Origin: a virus
Virus record (IMG/VR): IMGVR_UViG_3300027754_000067
Coordinates: 22,543 to 86,542 of that record
Length of the DNA stretch: 64,000 bases
Direction: 5' to 3' (one strand)
Of this stretch, positions 19,328 through 26,668 are shown in pieces (within the stretch, counting starts at the first letter, position 1; every line of letters begins with the position of its first letter). The notes under the pieces are model-generated. The model was given only the letters and a program-made list of their open reading frames with translations. It did no database searches and was not told where the DNA came from. The position numbers and the translations under genes were made by a program.

Positions 19328-19498
19328 ATGCAAACCAAGAAGCAAGCCATCAAGGATTTTCGGGAATTTCTCTTGCCTTCCATCCCAAACAATGATACCA
19401 TCGCCAAGCAAGAAGCATGGAATAATTATACTGATGCTCTTTGCAAGAGCCGTTTTATTACCCTTCGCCAATATGAAAACTGGACTAACCCCTTCTGA
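19328..19498 (+). CDS. small conserved phage protein (EAWNNYTDALCK..QYENW)
   Basis: GGGAG RBS plus ORF. Confidence 0.7.
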   Translation: MQTKKQAIKDFREFLLPSIPNNDTIAKQEAWNNYTDALCKSRFITLRQYENWTNPF

Positions 19499-19564
19499 TT
19501 TAATCCCTTGACTATCCAGTGAGAGTCTGATAAAGTCAGGAAAGATCAGGGAGCAAAAGAAACC

Positions 19565-19765
19565 ATGAAGATCAACCATCGCACTGGATCTGTCAAGCGT
19601 TTGGACCATCACGAGAACTATCGCTTTAACAAGTCTGGCTTGAAGGAGGAAGGTAACACGGTTCGCCGCTGCATGGATCGTGCCGCAATCAAGAACAGCC
19701 TTGAAGGCAACGATGGCACGCTCTTTGCTCGCAGCAAGGAAGGAAACCCTTGGAACTTCGATTGA
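19565..19765 (+). CDS. hypothetical protein
   Basis: Promoter, RBS and ORF. Confidence 0.6.
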   Translation: MKINHRTGSVKRLDHHENYRFNKSGLKEEGNTVRRCMDRAAIKNSLEGNDGTLFARSKEGNPWNFD

Positions 19766-19850
19766 TTTGCAAGTAGCATACCAAGTTTTGCCGTAAACAT
19801 ACCAATTTTAATCCTTTGACAATCCAACCAACAAAGGGTAAAGTAAGAAC

Positions 19851-20150
19851 ATGGAAACGACGAACAAGGTTTGGACAGAGGCCGCAATCGTCTCTCTGCT
19901 CCAGAGCAACAATCGTGCCGTCGAAAGGGCAATCCTGGCAATCTTTGCTCGGCAAACGGAGGATGAGAAGTCAACGGAATGCACCCGGCACGAGAACTCT
20001 CGTGGATTCTCTGCGGCTGATGCCCGTACCGGCTCCTACATGGCACGCTGGATTAGCAGCGGAAAGCGTCTCGATGGAAAGTTTCTTGACAAGGCCCGAA
20101 AGATGGCCGTCAAGTACCGCAAGCAACTGGTAGAGGTTGCCAACGGCTAG
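19851..20150 (+). CDS. conserved phage protein (RQTEDE...N..GF...DA)
   Basis: Recognisable motif. Confidence 0.75.
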   Translation: METTNKVWTEAAIVSLLQSNNRAVERAILAIFARQTEDEKSTECTRHENSRGFSAADARTGSYMARWISSGKRLDGKFLDKARKMAVKYRKQLVEVANG

Positions 20151-20361
20151 CAAACAGCATACCAGTGGGAGGGCGCATACTTTATCACGCCCATTGCCGT
20201 CAACAAAACTCTGCGGCAAACAAACAAATTTAATTACTTTACTTCATTCCCTAATCATGCTAATGTCAGGACACATCAGACAACGGCAACCAACAAAAGC
20301 AAGCACAAGGGAATCAAAACAATCCCTTGACAATCCAACCAACAAAGGGTAAAGTAAGAAC

Positions 20362-20832
20362 ATGGAAACCAAGAGCAACACGGTTCACATCTTTCAGGCG
20401 GCTGGTCTCGGCGTCGGTCCCTTCAAGCTTCACCATGTATCCGGTGAGGGAGGAAAGTGCCAGTACTGTGCCACTCCGATTCTGTGGCGTTTCTATCTCA
20501 ATGGCATTGACGGCTCTACTTTCTTCGTTGGATCGGATTGTGTCATGAAGACCGGCGATGCGGGACTCATGAAGATTGTTGACGCAGAAGTCAAGCGCCG
20601 AATGGCAGAAGCCCGAAAGGTCCGTGAGGATGCCAAGCTGGCATCTGTCAAGGAAAGCATGAAGGATGCCAACGTGCTTGCCAAGCTGGCAACCCTCCCA
20701 CACCCGAATGGTTACTATGCCCGCAATGGCAAGACTCTTGCAGACTATGCCTCGTGGATCGTGAAGTACGGTGGCAAGACTGCAATGCTCAACCTTGGCA
20801 AGAGTATTGCAAAGGCTACCGTCTCGGCCTAG
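20362..20832 (+). CDS. Zn-binding hypothetical protein
   Basis: CQYC...FFVGSDCV motif. Confidence 0.75.
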   Translation: METKSNTVHIFQAAGLGVGPFKLHHVSGEGGKCQYCATPILWRFYLNGIDGSTFFVGSDCVMKTGDAGLMKIVDAEVKRRMAEARKVREDAKLASVKESMKDANVLAKLATLPHPNGYYARNGKTLADYASWIVKYGGKTAMLNLGKSIAKATVSA

Positions 20833-21060
20833 TCAATCTGACAAACGGTGGGAAGGCGCATACCGGGAATCACGCCTTAGACGGCTCTAATAGCCCCTCC
20901 AGTGACCGCAAACCACAAGGGACCATAAAGGGTAGCAGAACAAAACAGAAGCCAACCAAAAGGCTCCCAAGAGATCGGGCAAACACCATGCCAAACTCTG
21001 CGGCAAACATACCAATTTTAATCCTTTGACAATCCAACCAACAAAGGGTAAAGTAAGAAC

Positions 21061-21216
21061 ATGGAACACAACGAAAACATCGAGTGCTTCGCTTGTGCTG
21101 GATTCTCCTATTACATGGGATCGCTTGGCGATCTAGACTGGTACAGATGCCGCAACTGCGGCTTTGAACAATACCAGCAAACTACTCCCGATTCAGAAGA
21201 AGAAGATTCCGAGTAA
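21061..21216 (+). CDS. small Zn-ribbon protein
   Basis: CFAC...CRNCG; ends EEEDSE. Confidence 0.65.
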   Translation: MEHNENIECFACAGFSYYMGSLGDLDWYRCRNCGFEQYQQTTPDSEEEDSE

Positions 21217-21275
21217 TCAATTGATTCTTTAATCATTAACTGATATATTGGTTCCATCTAACCAATGGAACCAAT

Positions 21276-21476
21276 ATGCTACCTAATACCTGTACCTGTA
21301 ACCTCTCTTCATGCAATACCTGTACCAACCAAAACCTAAAAGAACTCTGGGAAGAACCAGAATTCTTGGCATGGAACCTGCATAGAGAATCACAATGGTT
21401 CAATGAACTTGAATCCATGTCGGAAGAACAATGGCAAACAATGTGCCAAACTTCACCGCAATCAATCCAAACTTAA
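21276..21476 (+). CDS. hypothetical protein
   Basis: ORF only. Confidence 0.4.
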   Translation: MLPNTCTCNLSSCNTCTNQNLKELWEEPEFLAWNLHRESQWFNELESMSEEQWQTMCQTSPQSIQT

Positions 21477-21520
21477 CCCTTGACTAATCCAGCAAAACAT
21501 CATAAACTAAAAGGGAAACC

Positions 21521-21763
21521 ATGAAGTACACACTCACTGACTCCCTCTCACCAGAACAAGTAATCGTTTGCAAGTTGGATGCCTACTTCATGGCATCCCA
21601 TGCTTGCAACAACTATACCAGAAATCAGCATGAAGTAATGGTATTCCCTTGCAGCAAAGATGGCAAGGTAATTGCATGGGATGCCGTAGATCAATTCCGA
21701 TACTCCAGCATCGAAGAGTTTATCGGCAATGAATGTGCCAACCAAGACGATTTCGACCACTAA
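21521..21763 (+). CDS. hypothetical protein
   Basis: Promoter, RBS and ORF. Confidence 0.6.
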   Translation: MKYTLTDSLSPEQVIVCKLDAYFMASHACNNYTRNQHEVMVFPCSKDGKVIAWDAVDQFRYSSIEEFIGNECANQDDFDH

Positions 21764-21900
21764 ACAATCCAAAACAATTACTAGACTCTCAACCCGCAAT
21801 CGAGTATATTGAATCATCAGAGAGAAACAACGAGCAAAACAAAAGGGTAAACAAAAGTTTAATCCTTGACTCCTAAACCTCTGCATGGTAAGGTGAGAGC

Positions 21901-22905
21901 ATGAAGATCGGAATTGAGATCGAGTTCTTCGCACCGATCAGCAAGTATGAACTTGCTACCAACCTCCGAAACCAAGGAATTGCCGTCGAGGCAACCGGCT
22001 ACACCCATTCCGTGTCTTCTGACTGGAAGATCGTTGACGACGGTTCCGTCTTAGGTATGCCCGCTCACCATGGCATGGAACTTGTTAGCCCGATCCTTAA
22101 CAGCGACTCTGATGTCGATATGGCAACCCTGCGACGCATTTGTCGTGCCATCCAGAAGCTTGGTTGTCGGGTCTCTAAGGCTTGTGGGCTGCACATTCAC
22201 GTTGACGCCACGGACCTGACGGCGGCACAAGTATTGCAGGTCTGGACCCGGTATCAGACCATGGAAGGGGAGATCGACACCCTCATGACTAGCAATAGGC
22301 GTGCCAACCTTGGCTCCTACTGTCAGTCGCTGCGGAACCTCATGGTTCACGGTCAAACCAAGGAAGCACTTGCACGGAGTGCCGATCGTTACTTCAAGGT
22401 CAACCTGCAATCCTTGAACCGTCATGGAACCATTGAGTTCCGCAAGCACTCTGGCACGATCAATGCAGATACCATTATCAACTGGGCGTCCTTCTGTGTC
22501 GGGTTCGTTGAAGCGTCCCTTGTGAGTGCTGGCACGAGCGTTGCAAGCCGCACCGAAACCACTACGGTGCATCCTACGGGCCTCAACACTGGTATGCTGG
22601 GGATCTATCGGGCGCTCTTGCAAGCCCCGCACCACAATATGACCGTGGCAGAGATCGCTCTGTCAACGGGTCTCGGAGAGAATAGCGTGCGGGCCTACAT
22701 TAGCACAATGCATACCAGACACGGTGTGAATGTGCGGCACGCTTATCGGGGTTCATGCAATATTGTCTTGACACCCGTTACCACTACTCGCACCATTGCA
22801 GCAAGCGAGCCAACGGCTGACACCATCTGGCGTGGCATCGATCCTGCAACCGTCGCCTTCTACATGGAGCGTGCCCAAGAACTTGCTGGCTTCGCTAGCA
22901 GGTAG
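21901..22905 (+). CDS. putative amidoligase (COOH-NH2 ligase fold) with HTH-like insert
   Basis: GIEIE, W.IV.DGS, ELVSP, CGLHIH, RY.KVN, TIEFR motifs. Confidence 0.85.
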   Translation: MKIGIEIEFFAPISKYELATNLRNQGIAVEATGYTHSVSSDWKIVDDGSVLGMPAHHGMELVSPILNSDSDVDMATLRRICRAIQKLGCRVSKACGLHIHVDATDLTAAQVLQVWTRYQTMEGEIDTLMTSNRRANLGSYCQSLRNLMVHGQTKEALARSADRYFKVNLQSLNRHGTIEFRKHSGTINADTIINWASFCVGFVEASLVSAGTSVASRTETTTVHPTGLNTGMLGIYRALLQAPHHNMTVAEIALSTGLGENSVRAYISTMHTRHGVNVRHAYRGSCNIVLTPVTTTRTIAASEPTADTIWRGIDPATVAFYMERAQELAGFASR

Positions 22906-22912
22906 CATGCCA

Positions 22913-23700
22913 AAGGAAACGGGGGGGGACTGCAAACCCCCGGCATGCCTTTTGTTTATTCAACCCCCATGCCAACCCTGTACCCCCATAGGGCATGCAC
23001 AACCCATGCCATACCCCACCCTATAGGGGTACCCCTTACACCCCTCCCTGTTTCGAGGGGGGTACCCCAACCATGATACCCGGCACCTTCGGCACGAGAT
23101 GGGCTAAACCCACACATCTCGCACCAAAATTTTTTCTGGGTATTTTTTCATTTTGAACCTTTTTATTTACCTCACCACTGGCAATCATTTTTAGGATTTC
23201 CGTTTTTGCGACCATATTGTTTGCATCATCAAAATTTTTTCTGGGAATTTTTTCATTTTGAAACCTTTTTGGCACCCATAATACTGGCACCATTTTATTG
23301 ATTTCGGACATCGGTGCCATTCGAACGATTGGTGCCAAAATTTTTTTGGGAAATTTTTTCATTTCAAACCAATGTTGCGTGCGTGGCCTCTGTTCCATGG
23401 GCACCATGTTTTTATGGGCACCGTTTTATGTGGCACCATGTCATGTGGCACCAGTTTCTGATGCCCTATTTTGACATCATTTATTATTTTGCTGTGTGTG
23501 TGGCACCGTATTTTTATGGGCACCAGTTTTATGTGGCACCATGTTTTCGGGCACGATGTTTTGTGATATTGTTGTTTTGTGATTATTTTAATGATGTTTT
23601 GTGATGTGGCATGATGATTAGGGATGATTTTAAAAAATCACTATGGGTCTTGGTGCCCTTCGGGCACATTGCATGAACATTTTATGGATATTTTTATGAA
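22913..23700. repeat. Non-coding repeat block: putative replication origin or packaging terminus
   Basis: G/C runs; two GGGGTACCCC palindromes; three ~34-bp direct repeats (23126, 23231, 23337); more than 12 GGCAC(C) units; C/A-rich to G/T-rich switch. Confidence 0.6.
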
Positions 23701-23973
23701 TATTTGATTGATATTCTGGATGGTGGATGAGAGATGGGTGGTGGAGGGCAGAGTATTTGGATGTTGTGATTGGTTGCTTTGTTGGGTTGCTTTGTCGGGT
23801 TGTTCTACCGGGTTGCTTTATCGGGATGCTTTGCGGGGCTCTGTGAGGCTTTGTGGTGGCTTGGAATATGAAGGATGGGCAATGTGGTGTTCTGGTTGTT
23901 TGCTTCCTTTCCTGGTATTTTTAAATTGACAGTGGAATATAACCAATAGAAGAGGGAGTATATATTTAGAAAT

Positions 23974-24486
23974 ATGATTAAATTGAGTGAGTTATATTTT
24001 CGGCATCAATCCAAATCCCTTTATGAATTATTGAGGCCCATTTCATATGATAGGGTACAAGAGGAGTCAGAGAGATCTGATGAATATATGGAATCAAGGA
24101 TTGAAACTGAGGATGCATATCGCAGATTATTAAAATCTGCTGGTATTATTCATGCTAAGGGTACTTCTTTTTTGTATGCAACAGTTGTTGGATTTCATGG
24201 GATGGAGTCTGCGAATGATTATCCTGGTTACACTTATTATTTCCATATAACACCAAATCAATTATCTGAAACTATTTTTGAGGTTGTTGACAAAAACCAT
24301 TCTTTGCCACCGATGGTTGGTCGTCATGGACTTGAAAGATGTTTAAAGCACTGGGTGAGATATCGGAAAGATATGTCGAGTTATCGGGAAGAGTTTGTTG
24401 AAGGGATAATATTTCCAAGGATAGAAGTTATAATCCCATATGTGGTTGCTGCCACCAAGTTGGTTCGCCAAGTTGAGGATAGGTAA
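23974..24486 (+). CDS. hypothetical protein (tagged family, MIKLSELY)
   Basis: ORF with TATTTA promoter. Confidence 0.7.
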   Translation: MIKLSELYFRHQSKSLYELLRPISYDRVQEESERSDEYMESRIETEDAYRRLLKSAGIIHAKGTSFLYATVVGFHGMESANDYPGYTYYFHITPNQLSETIFEVVDKNHSLPPMVGRHGLERCLKHWVRYRKDMSSYREEFVEGIIFPRIEVIIPYVVAATKLVRQVEDR

Positions 24487-24490
24487 ATCC

Positions 24491-24973
24491 TTACTTTAGG
24501 AAGAAATTTTGGAGTGTTGATTGGTTGATGTGTTTTATTACTTTATCGGAATAAATGGTCTGCGTGATTGGATCATTGATTAGAAATGCTTGTATTTTTG
24601 GGGAATTGATTTGTTGGATATCTTGTGTGGACATGAATGGTTGGGTTTGTTTCAGAGTCTTGGTGAATCCAGAGATTGGGAAAGCGGTTGGGGAGTGTTT
24701 GAGATAGTCGATTATTTTTTGATTTAAATCTTGTTGGGATAATTTATTGAGCTCTATTGATATTCTTTTTAGAGTTATTTCGTTTTCATTATTTTGTTTT
24801 ATATTGAAGATGTAGCGTAGTATTCCAGCTGCTTCATTTTTTGCATCATCAGTGGTGATATAGTTTATGGCTTGTCTTGCGGCTTTTATTTTTGGGTCTA
24901 TAATATTCGGTAATAGTTTTGATTGGAGGATATTTTCTTTTATGATTGTTTTGAGATCATTTAATGGGTTCAT
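24491..24973 (-). CDS. hypothetical protein (LKTIIKE tag)
   Basis: ORF; overlaps the stop of the upstream gene. Confidence 0.65.
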   Translation of the reverse strand: MNPLNDLKTIIKENILQSKLLPNIIDPKIKAARQAINYITTDDAKNEAAGILRYIFNIKQNNENEITLKRISIELNKLSQQDLNQKIIDYLKHSPTAFPISGFTKTLKQTQPFMSTQDIQQINSPKIQAFLINDPITQTIYSDKVIKHINQSTLQNFFLK

Positions 24974-25803
24974 GGTTTTTTGTACCTGTTATGAAACATT
25001 TCTTGTCCAGCTAGTTTTATTATTTTCTTTTGTTTATTGATTGGGATATCAAAGTCATTATTGATTTGTTGGAGTAGTTCTAATCCAGATTGTATTAATG
25101 GGTTTGGGTCAAGAGGTCCATTATAGATGTATGCATTTGCTGTTCCTAGTTTTTTATCTAGTTCATTTTCATCTTCTAGCCATGGTGGTAACCTACAATC
25201 GTCACTGGGATCATCTGGTGTTTTTGCTCCTTGCGGTCTATGTTCAATTTTTCTATTGGGCCATGATCCAGAGATGTCGTAGAAGTTTTTTATTCTTTTG
25301 CGGAAATTATCTGGATCTGGTATTGGGGAGAAGTTATCTAGTTCTACTTTTTGCCAATCCCCAGAGGTTTCTATTTTTGCCCAGAGTTTTTTGGCACTAT
25401 CTGTTGTGGATACATTTCTGTCACTGGTGATTGGTTTACCTGAGATTTTTGAATAGAGGGCATACATTGCATATCCGGCTGCTGGATATTCTTGACTTGA
25501 CACGATAGTTCCGGCGATGGTTGCATCTGCACAGTTTCCTATGGAGCTTCCTGCTATTTTTGGATTAAACGATCCAAAGGCTGCTAGCCATTCTTTGCTT
25601 GGAGGTGGTTCATTATTTTTGCTTATTAATTCCATTGCTGTTTCATAGGAGTATGAATTTACTAGTGCATAGTAGTTTGCTTCTTGATCTACTGGAATTA
25701 GGGAAAATTTATTTTTTGTGAATCTGTGAGGGTTTTTGTGATTGTTTGCGGCCAGATTTTGATCTTGCGTTTGCTCAAATAATATTTTGGATAATGTTAT
25801 CAT
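24970..25803 (-). CDS. GNAT-like tagged protein, paralogue 1 of 4
   Basis: AGYAMY..ITSDR..STT.SAKK.W.KIE.SGDW. Confidence 0.7.
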   Translation of the reverse strand: MITLSKILFEQTQDQNLAANNHKNPHRFTKNKFSLIPVDQEANYYALVNSYSYETAMELISKNNEPPPSKEWLAAFGSFNPKIAGSSIGNCADATIAGTIVSSQEYPAAGYAMYALYSKISGKPITSDRNVSTTDSAKKLWAKIETSGDWQKVELDNFSPIPDPDNFRKRIKNFYDISGSWPNRKIEHRPQGAKTPDDPSDDCRLPPWLEDENELDKKLGTANAYIYNGPLDPNPLIQSGLELLQQINNDFDIPINKQKKIIKLAGQEMFHNRYKKP

Positions 25804-25896
25804 AGTTTTATTTTATTAATTATTGCCGCAGATATTGTTCACACGAATAAGTGTTTAATGTTTATTTTGCTATTAATTATATATTTATGTAAATAT

Positions 25897-26592
25897 ATGA
25901 ATATCTTACAACTAAAACGTATTATCAGGGAAGAGATTATCCTATTAAAAGAAGTGCGATATAAAGCTTTTGAAAAGGTTATGCGGCAGGTTTATGATAA
26001 TCTACCAAATCATATTTTTAATGATATGTATAGCCAAGAAAAACAATGGGCAAACATTGAAAATTCTGATATTGGAACTGATATACAGAAGCTTACTGCG
26101 GCTGTATTAAATAATCAGCCAAATGCTGTAGAGAACTTTAGAGAGTATGAACGTAAACGTGGCTCTGAATGGATAGATACAGTTTGGAGTAAGCGGGCAC
26201 AGAACGTTGAACTACATTGGAATGATCTATCTGATAGAAAACGTGATTTTTTTATACGGAAGTATACGGGGCAACTCAAATATTTCCCAGCAAGAACAGA
26301 AGATAAACATGGATATCTGGATAAAGTAGAACGTTTGTTGCCAAAGTTTATGGCGCAATCAGAGCAATCAAGTGAGCCGGTTATATTGTTGCAATGGCAC
26401 GGTGAACCCGGCTTTGATATATTAGGCGGAAACAATCGGACGTTTAATGCATTTCTTGCTACGGCTGTCAGAGAGCTAAAAAATATAGATGCTGCGAATA
26501 TGTCATTAGATACATTTACTTCTATATTTGATTATTTGAATAAACAAAATCCTACAATACGAATTAACACATTTATTGGACGACAAAAATAA
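25897..26592 (+). CDS. ParB/Srx-like tagged protein
   Basis: LKRIIREEI tag; EPVILL....ILGGNNR. Confidence 0.55.
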   Translation: MNILQLKRIIREEIILLKEVRYKAFEKVMRQVYDNLPNHIFNDMYSQEKQWANIENSDIGTDIQKLTAAVLNNQPNAVENFREYERKRGSEWIDTVWSKRAQNVELHWNDLSDRKRDFFIRKYTGQLKYFPARTEDKHGYLDKVERLLPKFMAQSEQSSEPVILLQWHGEPGFDILGGNNRTFNAFLATAVRELKNIDAANMSLDTFTSIFDYLNKQNPTIRINTFIGRQK

Positions 26593-26668
26593 GTTCACAT
26601 ACACCGCCCATTATGCCAATATAGTACAGTCTATGTGAAAACACATCACTTCGCAACTATTTAGCTTC

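Larger units (their letters stand above)
1079..20878 (+). ncRNA. Dispersed family of 11 small H-type pseudoknot motifs (about 27-39 nt)
   Basis: Copies at 1079-1113, 2867-2900, 4676-4714, 12223-12249, 12715-12746, 13156-13184, 15456-15482, 18194-18220, 19125-19153, 20164-20192, 20846-20878. Both stems covary. Confidence 0.8.
1119..21010. promoter_or_regulatory. Repeated operator-like site TGC(G/C)GCAAACA upstream of -35 boxes
   Basis: Copies near 1119, 1746, 2908, 4812, 5800, 7612, 8868, 12256, 12753, 13191, 14640, 15168, 15719, 17106, 18227, 19789, 20212, 20999; usually about 15 nt before TTGAC. Confidence 0.75.
54..21900 (+). promoter_or_regulatory. Array of dozens of near-identical sigma70-type early promoters, many leaderless
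   Basis: Recurrent TTAATCC-TTGAC(T/A)-17 bp-TAAGGT/TATAAC/TAAGAT, often with ATG exactly 6 nt after the -10 box. Examples: TTGACT 54-59, TAAGGT 77-82, ATG 89; TTGACT 2940-45, TATAAC 2963-68, ATG 2975. Confidence 0.9.
7580..23011 (-). promoter_or_regulatory. About 13 antisense sigma54-type -24/-12 boxes (TGGYA..., GG-N10-GC)
   Basis: Minus-strand sites at 7580-95, 12698-713, 14619-34, 15147-62, 16912-27, 17085-100, 18179-94, 18545-60, 19768-83, 20149-64, 20978-93, 22897-912, 22996-23011; near-match at 13141-56. Confidence 0.7.

Noticed and set aside
23036-23929. ORFs 23036..23407, 23314..23604 and 23708..23929
   Set aside because: Translations of low-complexity repeats with implausible composition.
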